A stretch of DNA of 64,000 bases from Streptococcus sp. (lineage in GTDB: Bacteria; Bacillota; Bacilli; Lactobacillales; Streptococcaceae), in the NCBI GenBank assembly GCA_030527925.1, contig JAUMZW010000001.1, positions 93,455 to 157,454 of the forward strand. The letters are read 5' to 3'. The translations under genes and the position numbers were made by a program. Under the pieces are notes generated by a model that saw nothing but the letters and a program-made list of their open reading frames with translations, did no database searches and was not told the DNA's origin. This document shows, piece by piece, positions 10,697-26,752 of the stretch (within the stretch, counting starts at the first letter, position 1; every line of letters starts with the position of its first letter).

Positions 10697-11347
10697 ATGA
10701 CAAGTAAAGGCTCACAACTGATTAAGACAGTATTTAATACGGATAATAAAGTGATGAGAGTTTGTGAGAGAATCTTTGACTTTGTGTGTTTAAATTTAAT
10801 TTTTCTCTTATCGTGTCTTCCATTATTAACAATTGGAGCAGCAAAAATTGCCTTATATACTGTTTTAGAAGAAATGAGAAATCAGCAACATGTTACAGTG
10901 ATAAAAAGCTATGTAGATTCATTTAAAAGTTCCTTAAAATTAGGATTAATATTATTTAGTTTTGAAATTTTATATTTTGGTATTATCATACTGGATTTAT
11001 GGTTTATCTATAGACAAACAACTTTACCTTTTTTGGTAATGAAAATCATATGTTTAGGACTACTCTTTTTGGGCTTATTATTCAGTCAAATCATTTATCC
11101 TTTGGCTAAACAGCACCGGGGAGATATAAGCTCATTGTTTAAAATGACTCTATTACAAATTTCTTTTAATATGCTAAGAAGTTTTCTATTATTAGCTATT
11201 TTACTTGTTGTATTTTTACTTTACCTTAGTACAAGTGTAACCTTAGTGTTTGGAACATTTTATTTAATAATTGCAGGATTTTCAAATTTTGCTTATTTAC
11301 AAATTGTAACAATTGAAAAAATGAAAACTCCTCAAATTGTGGAGTAA
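10697..11347 (+). CDS. DUF624 (YesL-like) integral membrane protein.
   Basis: 216 aa with 5-6 hydrophobic helices. This family commonly accompanies sugar ABC importers. Confidence 0.55.
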   Translation: MTSKGSQLIKTVFNTDNKVMRVCERIFDFVCLNLIFLLSCLPLLTIGAAKIALYTVLEEMRNQQHVTVIKSYVDSFKSSLKLGLILFSFEILYFGIIILDLWFIYRQTTLPFLVMKIICLGLLFLGLLFSQIIYPLAKQHRGDISSLFKMTLLQISFNMLRSFLLLAILLVVFLLYLSTSVTLVFGTFYLIIAGFSNFAYLQIVTIEKMKTPQIVE

Positions 11348-11361
11348 CATAAGGAGAGAAA

Positions 11362-12276
11362 ATGAAAAAAATAGAAAGATATCAAGGTATCATACCAGCC
11401 TTTTATGCCTGTTATGATGAAGAAGGAGAAATAAGTTCAGAAGGGATAAGAGCACTTGTTCAATATTTTATCGATAAAGGTGTCCAAGGATTATATGTAA
11501 ATGGTTCATCTGGTGAATGTATTTATCAAAGTGTTGCTGACCGTAAATTCATCTTAGAAGAAGTTATGGCAGTAGCTAAAGGGAAATTGACTATTATTGC
11601 TCATGTGGCATGTAACAATACAAAAGATAGTGTTGAATTAGCGCGTCATGCAGAAAGTCTAGGTGTTGATGCCATCGCTGCAATTCCACCAATTTATTTC
11701 AGACTACCAGAGTATTCTATCGCAGCATACTGGAATGATATTAGTGAAGCTGCACCAAACACAGACTTTGTTATTTATAATATTCCGCAACTGGCGGGAG
11801 TTTCATTAACACCAAGTCTGTACCGAGAAATGCTTAAAAATCCAAGAGTGATAGGTGTTAAAAATTCATCAATGCCAGTTCAAGATATTGAAACTTTTAA
11901 CAGTATTTCTGGAGATGATCATATTATTTTCAACGGTCCAGATGAACAATTCCTAGGTGGTCGCTTAATGGGAGCAAAAGCAGGTATTGGAGGGACATAT
12001 GGTGCAATGCCAGAACTTTTTGTCAAGTTAAATCAAGCGATTCATGATAAAGAGTTGGAAAAAGCTCAAGCAATCCAATATGCGATTAACAAAATTATTT
12101 CTCGTTTAGTAAGTGGTCATGGAAATATGTATGCCATGATTAAAGAGGTACTTCGTATAAATGAAGGATTAGAATTAGGGTCTGTACGTTCACCACTAAC
12201 ACCGTTAACAGATGAGGATAAAGTGATTGCCCAAGAAATAGCAGAATTAATTCGTCAAAGTATTGCTTCATTTTAG
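11362..12276 (+). CDS. nanA: N-acetylneuraminate lyase.
   Basis: DapA/NAL fold signatures GLYVNGSSGE, Schiff-base lysine region IGVKNSS, and GGTYGAM. 304 aa. Confidence 0.85.
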   Translation: MKKIERYQGIIPAFYACYDEEGEISSEGIRALVQYFIDKGVQGLYVNGSSGECIYQSVADRKFILEEVMAVAKGKLTIIAHVACNNTKDSVELARHAESLGVDAIAAIPPIYFRLPEYSIAAYWNDISEAAPNTDFVIYNIPQLAGVSLTPSLYREMLKNPRVIGVKNSSMPVQDIETFNSISGDDHIIFNGPDEQFLGGRLMGAKAGIGGTYGAMPELFVKLNQAIHDKELEKAQAIQYAINKIISRLVSGHGNMYAMIKEVLRINEGLELGSVRSPLTPLTDEDKVIAQEIAELIRQSIASF

Positions 12277-12279
12277 TAA

Positions 12280-13185
12280 ATGAATGGAGGAATTGTAATG
12301 AGAAAATATGTAGCAATTGATATTGGCGGAACTAATATTAAGTATGGATTGATTGATGATAGTGCCAATCTATTAGAAACTCATGAAATTCCTACGGAAG
12401 CTCATCAAGGTGGTCCAGGTATTCTATCTAAGGTAGAGACAATTGTTAGTGAATACCAAAAAACTCATGATTTATCAGGGATATGCCTTTCATCAGCAGG
12501 AATGGTTGATCCTGATAAGGGCGAAATATTTTATTCGGGACCTCAAATTCCTAATTATGCAGGAACTCAATTTAAAAAGGTCTTAGAGGAAAAATTCTCA
12601 CTTCCTACTGAGATTGAAAATGATGTAAACTGCGCAGGTTTGGCAGAAGCTAAGTCAGGAAATGCAAAAGACAGTCAGTATGCCGTATGCTTAACAATTG
12701 GAACAGGCATTGGAGGATGTTTAGTATTAGACCAAAAAGTATTCCATGGTTTTAGTAACTCTGCTTGTGAAGTTGGATATTTACATTTATCAGATGGTGC
12801 ATTTCAAGATTTGGCATCCACTACAGCCTTGGTTTCTTATGTTGCTCAGGAACACGGAGATACAAAAGAGCAATGGAATGGTAGAAGAATCTTCAAAGAG
12901 GCAACCGAGGGAAATAGTATCTGTATTCAAGGGATAGAGCGAATGGTTGACTATTTAGCACAAGGAATCGCTAATATTTGTTATGTCATCAATCCACAAG
13001 TTGTTGTTTTGGGTGGAGGTATAATGGGTCAAGAAGCTATTTTAAAACCTAAAATAGAAACAGCATTAGAAAAGTATCTAATCTCTAGTTTATTAGACAA
13101 GACAAAATTAGCTTTTGCCTATTACCAAAATACAGCAGGAATGATGGGAGCATATTATCATTTTCTAGAAAAACATCAAAATTAA
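12280..13185 (+). CDS. nanK: ROK-family N-acetylmannosamine kinase.
   Basis: N-terminal AIDIGGTNIKYGL ATP motif and the ROK CxCGxxGC-like segment CACEVGYLH. 301 aa. Confidence 0.8.
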   Translation: MNGGIVMRKYVAIDIGGTNIKYGLIDDSANLLETHEIPTEAHQGGPGILSKVETIVSEYQKTHDLSGICLSSAGMVDPDKGEIFYSGPQIPNYAGTQFKKVLEEKFSLPTEIENDVNCAGLAEAKSGNAKDSQYAVCLTIGTGIGGCLVLDQKVFHGFSNSACEVGYLHLSDGAFQDLASTTALVSYVAQEHGDTKEQWNGRRIFKEATEGNSICIQGIERMVDYLAQGIANICYVINPQVVVLGGGIMGQEAILKPKIETALEKYLISSLLDKTKLAFAYYQNTAGMMGAYYHFLEKHQN

Positions 13186-13210
13186 AAACAGATCATTTGA
13201 TCTGTTTTTA
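13186..13210 (+). terminator. Terminator of the nan operon.
   Basis: aaaaacagatcatttgatctgttttt is a perfect hairpin plus a T-run directly after the nanK stop. Confidence 0.65.
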
Positions 13211-13740
13211 ATTTTGATAAGATAAGTTAAATAATATAGATACTTCCTTGGAAATGATTTGTATTTATTGTTAACTAGAACAATGACTATTAAGGGTTCT
13301 GCCTATAATTTTGTTAAAGTTTATTAAGTTATAAACTCATGCTTTATAAACCTGTTACTCAGTTTTAAAATTGGTGTCTTCAAACTATTAACCAAGCAAC
13401 GTTCAAGAGATTCTTTGATAAGGAATGCTACTCTCTACTTTGTTTGTCTATTTATTTACTTATTTAAGAATTAAATGAGCTTAGTCCTATGTGGAAATTC
13501 TAATAAGATTAATAAATGGCTTGTTTAGGATAAATTGTTTATTATCTTCTTATATTGAGGTGACCAGTCATTCATAAAGGTTTCTAGATTTTTAAAACTT
13601 TATCCATGTAACTTGACTGATATGCCTTTTTAAATCGTTCTAGTATAACTTAATTGTCCACTCTCTTCACTTCATTTGCAAGGTTTTTAGCACTATGAAC
13701 GAGACAAGGATATTGTTTAGTCATAGGATAATTAGCTATT

Positions 13741-14559
13741 TCAATTTGATAAATGTTCATTCTCTACAAAATGTTGAAATTGAGCTGTTTTTTCTTCAGG
13801 TTTATTCTCTAAATAATGTTTATAGATAATATCGGTAATGATAAGGAAAGGAAATTGGGGAGAGATGAATTGACCAGTCTGTAAATTTGGTAGACTTGCA
13901 ACGGTTAATATTTGGTGACATTCTAAATTTACATTAGGATTTCCTGTTATAAGAATAGTTTTAGCCCCTAATTGATAAGCTTTTGTTAAGCTTTTTAGTA
14001 TAGAATCTGTTTCTCCTGATAAAGAAATTCCAAATATGAGACAATCACTGTCAATAATATTTAATGTCCAAGTAAAACTTTCTTGCTCAGTTAATGCCTC
14101 ACAGACCAAACCTAATCTGGTTAGCCTTAATTTTAGTTCCCGAGCAACAAGACCTGAGCTACCTACTCCAAAAAAATAAATTCTCTTTGCGTTTTCGAGT
14201 AAGCAATTGACGATTTTCATTTGATTATGGTCAATAAGTTGTTTTTGGTCTTCAATGAGTTTTATGTAGGCTTGAACAATATCGTTATAATGATTATCTG
14301 TCTTTTTACTATAAACACTGTTCTTTTCTTGACTAGAGTAAAAGAATACAAATTCTCTATACCCTTGAAATTCACATTTTTTTGCGAATCGTGTCAGGGC
14401 AGCCTTTGAAATGTGGAGTCGGTCAATCATAGACTGAGCACTTAATTCTTCAACATCGTAGTTGTGCTCTAAGATATCAGTTGCAATCAGCTTTTCGACA
14501 TCAGTAAATAACGGATAAAATTGTTTAATAAGATTCACAATAGATTGGCTTAGAGACAT
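13741..14559 (-). CDS. RpiR/MurR-family transcriptional regulator (HTH_6 plus SIS domain), the likely nan regulator.
   Basis: N-terminal HTH (ISKAALTRFAKKCEFQGYREF) and a SIS-domain Rossmann stretch (IYFFGVGSSGLVAREL). 272 aa, convergent to the nan operon. Confidence 0.8.
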   Translation of the reverse strand: MSLSQSIVNLIKQFYPLFTDVEKLIATDILEHNYDVEELSAQSMIDRLHISKAALTRFAKKCEFQGYREFVFFYSSQEKNSVYSKKTDNHYNDIVQAYIKLIEDQKQLIDHNQMKIVNCLLENAKRIYFFGVGSSGLVARELKLRLTRLGLVCEALTEQESFTWTLNIIDSDCLIFGISLSGETDSILKSLTKAYQLGAKTILITGNPNVNLECHQILTVASLPNLQTGQFISPQFPFLIITDIIYKHYLENKPEEKTAQFQHFVENEHLSN

Positions 14560-14621
14560 ATTACTTCCTTTTTAATAAGTTATCTTAATTATTATATCAT
14601 ATTATATTTAAAAGCAAGTAG

Positions 14622-15506
14622 TTAGAAGTGGGTTTCATTTTCTAATAATATGTTAAAAATTTGTTGATATTCTGATTTAAAGTGGCTATCTTTTCGCCAA
14701 ATAAATGTAAAATTATGTGAAATTGCCTCTTCTCCTAAAGGAATGGCTTTTAGTTTTCCTTCATTTATTTCTTTTTTTACAGCACATTCATAAATAAAAG
14801 ATATCCCTAGGTTTTTTGCAACAAGTTGCTTGATTGTGTTTAAGTTACCCAGTTCGATTTTTTGTTTAAAATCAGTTAAAGCAATTTGATGTTGTTTTAA
14901 CTCATTTTCTATAATTTCACGTGTCCCTGATCCTTGTTCACGGACTAGTAAGATTTCATCTAATAATTCTTCATATGAATAATTATTATTCGTCAAATGG
15001 GAAAGATTTGAAGCAATACCAATAAATGGTTCTTTTTTGTAATGTAAAAAGTCGTATCTTTCTTTCGAGAAAAAACCTTCAACAATAGCAAAATCAATTT
15101 CTCCCCTATCTAAAGCAAGTAATATATTTTGAGTATTGTCAACTTTCATCGTAATATCAAATTTAGAATCTTCATGGATTAATCGACTTAAAGGTTCAGG
15201 GATAACAAATTCTCCAATTGTCAAGGTCGTTCCAAAATTAATTGGAAAAGTTTCTTGGCTAGCTTTAGCTTTAAAATGTTTAATATCATTTGTCATCGTA
15301 TGAAGCATATTTAATAATTCTTGTCCGTGAGGTGTTACTACACATTTTTTCCCTTCAAAGGTCAATAGAGAACAATTATAAAATTCTTCAAGGTATTTTA
15401 TATGTTGACTGACTGCTGGCTGTGTGATGTGAAGTTGGCTAGCAGCTTGTGTAAAATTTAAGGTTTCACAAACTGTTAAAAAAGTTTTAATACGATAATC
15501 TAGCAT
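14622..15506 (-). CDS. LysR-family transcriptional regulator.
   Basis: N-terminal LysR HTH (LNFTQAASQLHITQPAVSQHIKYLE). 294 aa. Divergent from the yeiH-like gene, the classic YeiE/YeiH arrangement. Confidence 0.8.
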   Translation of the reverse strand: MLDYRIKTFLTVCETLNFTQAASQLHITQPAVSQHIKYLEEFYNCSLLTFEGKKCVVTPHGQELLNMLHTMTNDIKHFKAKASQETFPINFGTTLTIGEFVIPEPLSRLIHEDSKFDITMKVDNTQNILLALDRGEIDFAIVEGFFSKERYDFLHYKKEPFIGIASNLSHLTNNNYSYEELLDEILLVREQGSGTREIIENELKQHQIALTDFKQKIELGNLNTIKQLVAKNLGISFIYECAVKKEINEGKLKAIPLGEEAISHNFTFIWRKDSHFKSEYQQIFNILLENETHF

Positions 15507-15606
15507 AAGTCTCCTAAGTATAAGTTTTTTTTATTTTATCATAAAAAATCATCATTTTACATTATAGTATAAAAGTTTATAATTAGACATATGTAAAGGA
15601 GAAAAG

Positions 15607-16626
15607 ATGATAAGTATAAAAGAAAAAAGTTTAGGGATAATATTGTGTTTGTTTATTGCCATACCAGCATGGTTAATTGGCGAGTATTTTCCAATTGTTG
15701 GTTCACCTGTTTTTGCTATATTATTTGGCATGTTAGTTGGATTAATTTATACAAATCGTGAAAAGACAAGTTCAGGAATTACATTTACATCTAAATATAT
15801 TCTTCAGCTATCTGTAGTACTTTTAGGTTTTGGTTTAAATCTATCTAAGGTTTTAAAAGTAGGATTAACATCATTGCCAATTATAATTTCTACCATTTCA
15901 ATAGCGTTATTAACAGCATATACGCTACAAAAATTATTAAAAATAGACGTTAATACTGCAGTACTTGTCGGAGTAGGGTCGTCAATATGTGGTGGTTCAG
16001 CTATAGCAGCTACAGCACCAGTTATAGATGCAAAAGAAGAAGAAGTGGCTAAAGCAATTTCCGTGATTTTTTTATTTAATATTTTGGCTGCTCTTATTTT
16101 TCCAACTTTTGGTCAAATGATTGGATTATCAAATGAAGGATTCGCTATTTTTGCAGGAACTGCAGTTAATGATACTTCATCTGTTACAGCAACTGCATCA
16201 GCATGGGATTCACTTCATTACTCACATGCTTTAGAAGGAGCTACAATTGTAAAATTAACTCGTACCTTAGCTATTATTCCAATTACATTGTGTTTATCCT
16301 TATATCGTGTTCATCAATCAAAAAAAAATGAAACTAGGCAAAATTTTTCCTTTAAAAAAGTCTTTCCAATGTTCATTCTCTATTTTATTTTAGCATCGGT
16401 TATCACAAGTGTATTTTCTTCACTTGGTTCAAATTTGGTCATTTTTAGCTATCTAAAATATTTTTCAAAATTTTTTATAGTAATGGCAATGGCTGCGATA
16501 GGTTTAAATACAAATCCAATTAAACTTATCAAAACGGGAGGTCAAGCTATAATAGTAGGGGGGACTTGTTGGACAATGATAACAGTAGTTAGTTTGGTAA
16601 TGCAGTACCTCCTAAGACTTTGGTAA
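15607..16626 (+). CDS. YeiH/UPF0324-family putative sulfate/sulfonate exporter.
   Basis: 339 aa, about 10 TM helices, with [15 protein letters not shown] and [10 protein letters not shown] motifs characteristic of the PSE (YeiH) family. Confidence 0.7.
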   Translation: MISIKEKSLGIILCLFIAIPAWLIGEYFPIVGSPVFAILFGMLVGLIYTNREKTSSGITFTSKYILQLSVVLLGFGLNLSKVLKVGLTSLPIIISTISIALLTAYTLQKLLKIDVNTAVLVGVGSSICGGSAIAATAPVIDAKEEEVAKAISVIFLFNILAALIFPTFGQMIGLSNEGFAIFAGTAVNDTSSVTATASAWDSLHYSHALEGATIVKLTRTLAIIPITLCLSLYRVHQSKKNETRQNFSFKKVFPMFILYFILASVITSVFSSLGSNLVIFSYLKYFSKFFIVMAMAAIGLNTNPIKLIKTGGQAIIVGGTCWTMITVVSLVMQYLLRLW

Positions 16627-16738
16627 GTATTATTAGAAATGAAAAAAGACACTGAAATGAACCTCTCTTGATCGTTAGATTTTTCTGTCTAACTTTTGTA
16701 GGGAAATACAAAACAAAGTGTCTTTTTATTTTTTTTAA

Positions 16739-18154
<1,416 letters not shown>

Positions 18155-18156
18155 AA

Positions 18157-18189
18157 ATAGAAACAGCTAATCAATTAGCTGTTTTTTTA
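18157..18189 (+). terminator. Terminator after gdhA.
   Basis: aaacagctaat-caa-ttagctgttttttt hairpin plus T-run. Confidence 0.65.
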
Positions 18190-18219
18190 CGTTTTAAAAT
18201 ATGTTATACTTATTAAAGA

Positions 18220-18291
18220 CCATCTTTAGTGTAATGGATATCACGCAAGATTCCGGTTCTTGAAATGGGAGTTCGATTCTCTCAAGGTGGA
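18220..18291 (+). tRNA. tRNA-Arg (anticodon CCG).
   Basis: Hand-folded cloverleaf. Acceptor CCATCTT/AAGGTGG (one G-U). Anticodon stem CAAGA/TCTTG with loop TTCCGGT (CCG at 18253-18255). T-arm GGGAG-TTCGATT-CTCTC. Discriminator A. CCA not encoded. Confidence 0.8.
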
Positions 18292-18412
18292 TGAAAAAGC
18301 AAATTTATTAAAATAAGTAAAGACTCTTGAAAATTCTAATTTTTAAGAGTTTTTAATAAAAGGCTTTTAAGAAGAGTATAAAAATAAATAAAAAAATGGT
18401 ATAATAATAGAT

Positions 18413-18973
18413 ATGAAATATCATGATTATATATGGGATTTAGGGGGAACCCTTCTTGATAATTATGAGTTATCTGCTCAAGCTTTTTTAGAGACATTAT
18501 TGGAATTTGGTATAACTGCAAATCACGATATTGTGTATAAAAAATTAAAAGATTCAACAGCTTCGGCCATAACTTTTTTTATCCCAAACGAACCTAACTT
18601 TTTAAAATTATATAAAGAAAAAGAGGCTTCACACTTATCTAAGCCTATTTTATTTAATGGTGCTAGAGAAGTTCTTTCTAAAATCTGTGATGAAGGCAGT
18701 AGAAATTTTTTAATTAGTCATAGAGATAATCATGTTTTAGAAATATTACGTAAAACTCAGATTGAAGATTATTTTACAGAAATCGTTACATCTGAAAGTC
18801 ATTTTAAACGGAAACCTGACCCAGAAAGTATGTTATATTTAAAACGTAAATATAACATCGAAAGTTGTTTAGTAATTGGGGATAGAACGATTGATCAAAT
18901 TGCTGGTCAAATTGCTGGCTTTGATACCTTACTTGTTGAAGGTGATAAGAGTTTATTAGAAGTGGTGAGATAA
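18413..18973 (+). CDS. HAD-superfamily hydrolase with a degenerate motif I.
   Basis: 186 aa with a HAD-like N-terminus YIWDLGGTLLDN (the canonical motif is DxDGT). C-terminal GDR..D motif at VIGDRTIDQIAG. Confidence 0.65.
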   Translation: MKYHDYIWDLGGTLLDNYELSAQAFLETLLEFGITANHDIVYKKLKDSTASAITFFIPNEPNFLKLYKEKEASHLSKPILFNGAREVLSKICDEGSRNFLISHRDNHVLEILRKTQIEDYFTEIVTSESHFKRKPDPESMLYLKRKYNIESCLVIGDRTIDQIAGQIAGFDTLLVEGDKSLLEVVR

Positions 18974-20926
18974 ATGTCAGAAATTAATGGAAAGTTAGAA
19001 CAAAGTGCTAAAGACTATGACGCTAGTCAGATACAAGTCTTAGAAGGTCTAGAAGCTGTTAGGATGAGACCAGGAATGTATATTGGCTCGACGTCAAAAG
19101 AAGGTTTACATCATTTAGTTTGGGAAATTGTAGACAATTCTATTGACGAGGCTTTAGCTGGTTTTGCAACTCATATAGAAGTTTCTATTGAGCCTGATAA
19201 CTCTATTACAGTGGTGGATGACGGTCGTGGTATTCCAGTTGACATACAAGAAAAAACAGGGCGTCCAGCTGTTGAGACAGTTTTTACAATATTACATGCT
19301 GGAGGAAAGTTTGGAGGAGGAGGCTATAAAGTTTCTGGAGGTCTTCACGGTGTAGGTTCTTCAGTTGTAAATGCTTTATCGACACAACTTGATGTGACAG
19401 TTTTCAAAAACGGAAAAGTGTATTATCAAGAGTATAAACGTGGTACTGTTATTGACGATTTGAAGATTATTGGTGATACAGATAGAACAGGGACAACTGT
19501 ACACTTTATACCTGATCCTGAGATTTTTACGGAAACTACAGTTTTCGATTTTGATAAATTATCTAAACGAATACAGGAATTGGCCTTTCTGAATAAGGGA
19601 TTACAGATTTCAATTACAGACAAGAGAGAGGGAAATAATAAAACTTTAGATTTTCACTATGATGGTGGTATCTCAAGTTATGTTGAGTTTTTAAATCACA
19701 AGAAAGAAGTGATTTTTGATGAACCTATTTATACTGATGGTGAACTTGATGATATAACTGTTGAGGTCGCTATGCAATATACGACTGGTTATCATGAAGT
19801 GGTCATGAGCTTTGCTAATAATATTCATACTCATGAGGGAGGTACTCATGAGCAAGGTTTTAGAACTGCATTAACCCGTGTTATAAACGATTATGCTAAG
19901 AAAAATAAAATCCTTAAAGAAAATGATGATAATTTAACTGGTGAGGATGTTCGTGAAGGCTTAACAGCTGTTATTTCGGTGAAGCACCCTAACCCTCAAT
20001 TTGAAGGACAAACAAAGACTAAATTAGGGAATAGTGAGGTTGTGAAAATCACTAATCGTTTATTTAGCGATGCATTTAATCGTTTCTTACTTGAAAACCC
20101 TAAAATTGCTCGAAAAATTGTTGAAAAAGGAATTTTAGCTTCTAAAGCAAGAATTGCGGCTAAGAGAGCTAGGGAAGTAACACGTAAAAAATCTGGACTA
20201 GAGATTTCTAATTTACCAGGTAAATTAGCTGATTGTTCGTCAAATACTCCAGAACAGAATGAACTCTTTATTGTTGAGGGGGATTCTGCTGGTGGTTCAG
20301 CTAAGTCGGGTAGAAATCGAGAATTTCAAGCAATTTTACCAATTAGAGGTAAAATTTTGAATGTTGAAAAAGCAACAATGGATAAAATTCTTGCAAATGA
20401 AGAAATTAGAAGTTTATTTACAGCAATGGGTACAGGTTTTGGTTCGGATTTTGACGTTTCAAAAGCAAGATACCATAAGTTAGTTATTATGACAGATGCT
20501 GATGTTGATGGTGCTCATATTAGAACTTTACTTTTAACATTGATTTATAGATTTATGAGACCAGTGCTAGAAGCTGGATATGTTTATATTGCTCAACCTC
20601 CGATTTATGGAGTTAAGGTTGGAAGTGAGATTAAAGAATATATTCAACCTGGTTCAGATCAAGAAATAAGACTAAAAGAAGCATTGGATAAATATACTGT
20701 TGGTCGTTCAAAGCCTACTGTTCAACGCTATAAAGGTTTGGGAGAAATGGATGATCATCAGTTATGGGAAACAACCATGGATCCTGAGAAACGATTAATG
20801 GCGAAAGTTACTGTAGATGATGCTGCAGAAGCTGATAAAATTTTTGATATGTTAATGGGAGAAAAAGTTGAGCCACGTCGTGAATTTATTGAAGAGAATG
20901 CTCAATATAGTACACTTGATATTTAA
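18974..20926 (+). CDS. gyrB: DNA gyrase subunit B.
   Basis: 650 aa. GHKL ATPase motifs ([25 protein letters not shown]), Toprim [10 protein letters not shown], and a C-terminal tail ending in TLDI. Confidence 0.95.
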   Translation: MSEINGKLEQSAKDYDASQIQVLEGLEAVRMRPGMYIGSTSKEGLHHLVWEIVDNSIDEALAGFATHIEVSIEPDNSITVVDDGRGIPVDIQEKTGRPAVETVFTILHAGGKFGGGGYKVSGGLHGVGSSVVNALSTQLDVTVFKNGKVYYQEYKRGTVIDDLKIIGDTDRTGTTVHFIPDPEIFTETTVFDFDKLSKRIQELAFLNKGLQISITDKREGNNKTLDFHYDGGISSYVEFLNHKKEVIFDEPIYTDGELDDITVEVAMQYTTGYHEVVMSFANNIHTHEGGTHEQGFRTALTRVINDYAKKNKILKENDDNLTGEDVREGLTAVISVKHPNPQFEGQTKTKLGNSEVVKITNRLFSDAFNRFLLENPKIARKIVEKGILASKARIAAKRAREVTRKKSGLEISNLPGKLADCSSNTPEQNELFIVEGDSAGGSAKSGRNREFQAILPIRGKILNVEKATMDKILANEEIRSLFTAMGTGFGSDFDVSKARYHKLVIMTDADVDGAHIRTLLLTLIYRFMRPVLEAGYVYIAQPPIYGVKVGSEIKEYIQPGSDQEIRLKEALDKYTVGRSKPTVQRYKGLGEMDDHQLWETTMDPEKRLMAKVTVDDAAEADKIFDMLMGEKVEPRREFIEENAQYSTLDI

Positions 20927-21097
20927 TGAATGAATATTAAAAATTGAGGGTTTTTGAGGAAATCATTTCTCAAAAACTCTTATTTTTATGGTCACAAATT
21001 TGTATTTTGATGCTTTATAGTTTTGAAAAGGTTTTTAAAATATGATATAATGTAAACAACTTAGTGCAGTTTTTAATAAAATCTTAAGGAGAAATAA

Positions 21098-22822
21098 ATG
21101 TCGAGCGGGATTATCTTGCTACTCGTAACATTAGTATTACTGGTTATTGTAATCTATTTAGCGGGTGTGATTATTCGAAAACGAAATGATGCGTTAATCA
21201 CGAAACTAAAAGCAAAAAAAGAACAGCTTTTTCAGCTACCAATAGCTGATGAAATCGAAGAAGTAAAAAATCTTCAATTTATTGGTCAAAGTCAAGTCGC
21301 TTTTAGGGAATGGAATCAAAAATGGACAGACTTATCATCTAATTCATTCACAGAGTTTGACCGTCAGATTGATGAAGCACAAAATTTTAATGATACTTTT
21401 CATTTCATTAAATGTAAACATTTAGTAGACCGTCTAGAGAGTCAACTTACTTTAATTGATGAAGACTGTCATTCTATTTCTGAAGCTTTATCAATTTTAC
21501 GAGAACAAGAAGAAAAAAATAGCGCTAGAGTAACTCATGCTTTAGATTTATATGAAAAATTACAACAATCTATTGAAGATAAGGTAGATAATTTTGGGAC
21601 AACTATGCCTGAGATTGAAAAACAATTAAAAAATATTGAAACCGAATTTTCTCAATTCGTATTGTTAAACTCAACAGGAGATCCGGTAGAGGCTTCAGAA
21701 GTTTTAGATAGAGCTGAGGAGCATACGATAGCTTTAGGTCAAATTACAGAGCAAATTCCACCGATAGTAGCTAAACTAGAAGATGATTTTCCAGATCAAC
21801 TTGATGATTTAGAAAGTGGCTATAGACAGCTATTGGAACAAGAGTATTATTTTTCTGAAAAAAATATAGAGTCACGTTTTCAATCTATAAGAGAGTCTAT
21901 TCGTGAAAATTCTTCAGAATTGGTGACATTAGATTTAGACCGTGCTCGTGAAGAGAATGAACATATTCAAGAAAAAATTGATTTACTTTATACTTTTTTT
22001 GAGGAAGAAATTAATGCCTATAAACATGTTGTTAAAGATTGTAAAGTAATTCCTAAGTTTCTTGAACATGCTAAGACTAATAATAGTCAGTTGGAAAAAG
22101 AGATTACAAGATTAGGTCATAAGTATATTTTTAATGCTAATGAAAACTTATCTTTAACCTCATTTACCAAAACATTGTCTGAGATTGAAGAAAAAACTCT
22201 TCCTATTGTCAATGATTATAAATCTGTTGAAAAACCATTTTCAGAGCTTCATAACTTTTTTATAAATGAAATTTCCAAGCTAAAAGAAATTGAAGAAGGG
22301 CAGATGGATATCTTTAATGAAATAAAAGATATTGAAAAAGTTGAACAAAATGGACGTCAAAAACTAAATAAATACATAAATGACCTTCATATGATTAAAC
22401 GTTATATGGAAAAGAAAAATCTTCCAGGAATACCACAAGATTTTTTAAGTATCTACTTTACAACAAGTTCACAATTAGAGGCTTTAATGGATGAATTGAG
22501 TAAAGGAAAAATTAATATTGATGCTGTTGCTCGTCTAACAGATGTTTCAACTGTTGCCATATCTAATCTAGAAGATACGACTTACCGAATTGTACAATAT
22601 GCGACTTTAACTGAACAATTGCTACAATATTCAAATCGTTATAGAAGTTTTGAATCAAATGTTCAAACAGCATTTAATCATGCATTAAAGATTTTTGAAG
22701 TTGACCATGATTATAAAACTTCTTTTAATGAAATATCATTGGCATTAGAAACAGTTGAACCTGGTGTTACTGATCGTTTTGTTAGCTCTTATGAAAAAAC
22801 ACGTGAGACAATATTATTTTAA
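21098..22822 (+). CDS. ezrA: Septation ring formation regulator EzrA.
   Basis: 574 aa with a single N-terminal TM helix followed by a long coiled-coil, and an EzrA-like N-terminus ([23 protein letters not shown]). Confidence 0.85.
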   Translation: MSSGIILLLVTLVLLVIVIYLAGVIIRKRNDALITKLKAKKEQLFQLPIADEIEEVKNLQFIGQSQVAFREWNQKWTDLSSNSFTEFDRQIDEAQNFNDTFHFIKCKHLVDRLESQLTLIDEDCHSISEALSILREQEEKNSARVTHALDLYEKLQQSIEDKVDNFGTTMPEIEKQLKNIETEFSQFVLLNSTGDPVEASEVLDRAEEHTIALGQITEQIPPIVAKLEDDFPDQLDDLESGYRQLLEQEYYFSEKNIESRFQSIRESIRENSSELVTLDLDRAREENEHIQEKIDLLYTFFEEEINAYKHVVKDCKVIPKFLEHAKTNNSQLEKEITRLGHKYIFNANENLSLTSFTKTLSEIEEKTLPIVNDYKSVEKPFSELHNFFINEISKLKEIEEGQMDIFNEIKDIEKVEQNGRQKLNKYINDLHMIKRYMEKKNLPGIPQDFLSIYFTTSSQLEALMDELSKGKINIDAVARLTDVSTVAISNLEDTTYRIVQYATLTEQLLQYSNRYRSFESNVQTAFNHALKIFEVDHDYKTSFNEISLALETVEPGVTDRFVSSYEKTRETILF

Positions 22823-22859
22823 AAACAAAGCTTTCCTAGATTAGGAAAGCTTTGTTTTT
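22821..22859. terminator. Bidirectional terminator between ezrA and the convergent ORF.
   Basis: aaaaacaaagctttcctagattaggaaagctttgttttt is a perfect hairpin flanked by A and T runs. Confidence 0.7.
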
Positions 22860-22860
22860 G

Positions 22861-23346
22861 CTATTTTTTACTAAAGTTAAAGAGTTTTTTAAAGAAAGAT
22901 GTTTTTTTAGACTGATTGCTTATATTTGTGAGTTGAAAAAGACAAAGGAATTTCTCTAAGTCGTAAGGAAATTTGTTTGAATCTAAGGCGTGGTCAGTAT
23001 GAAAGACAACACCATACGGAGAGTGAGATAAATTATCACTAATAACAGAACTTGAGATGTTATATTTTTCAGAAAGTTTTAATAGCATTATCTGATGTTC
23101 AAGTTTTACTTTTTGAGAAATTTTTAAAAAGAGGAGATTATTTTCAGAAATTTCGCAAACTTTTGAAACGATTTTAGGTAATAAATGAATATTATCTGAA
23201 TTTTTCATTTCATCTAAAGTGATTTTAAGAAGAATACGTCCTGATAAGGTTCCAAGATTTTCTTGTTGTTCGTTTGCATGAAAACGTGAATCCAATTTTG
23301 CGAGGTTTAAAATTTTTTCTTCTAGTTTTGACATAGAACCGTCCAT
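22861..23346 (-). CDS. Hypothetical protein, 161 aa. The start codon is uncertain.
   Basis: Intact ORF between ezrA and eno, convergent to ezrA. No recognisable motif. Confidence 0.4.
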   Translation of the reverse strand: MDGSMSKLEEKILNLAKLDSRFHANEQQENLGTLSGRILLKITLDEMKNSDNIHLLPKIVSKVCEISENNLLFLKISQKVKLEHQIMLLKLSEKYNISSSVISDNLSHSPYGVVFHTDHALDSNKFPYDLEKFLCLFQLTNISNQSKKTSFFKKLFNFSKK

Positions 23347-23401
23347 TTATGCTTTTAGTTTTATTATATCATATATTAATAATGAAAATAATTGAAAATA
23401 A

Positions 23402-24796
<1,395 letters not shown>

Positions 24797-24829
24797 TCTT
24801 TTAAGTTACTGAAACTATACAATTTTTGT

Positions 24830-24866
24830 AAAAACATTCTGGTTTAAACTAGAATGTTTTTTTTGC
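24830..24866 (+). terminator. Terminator after eno.
   Basis: aaaaacattctggtttaaactagaatgttttttttg hairpin plus T-run. Confidence 0.65.
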
Positions 24867-24978
24867 TATTATTCTAAGTTTTATGTATTTATAGTTAAAA
24901 TCCCTGCTTTCTAACAGATAATTTTTAATTTTAGTAAAATTAATGAATGTTTTGTGGTAAAATAATAGAAAAGTTTAG

Positions 24979-26748
<1,770 letters not shown>

Positions 26749-26752
<4 letters not shown>

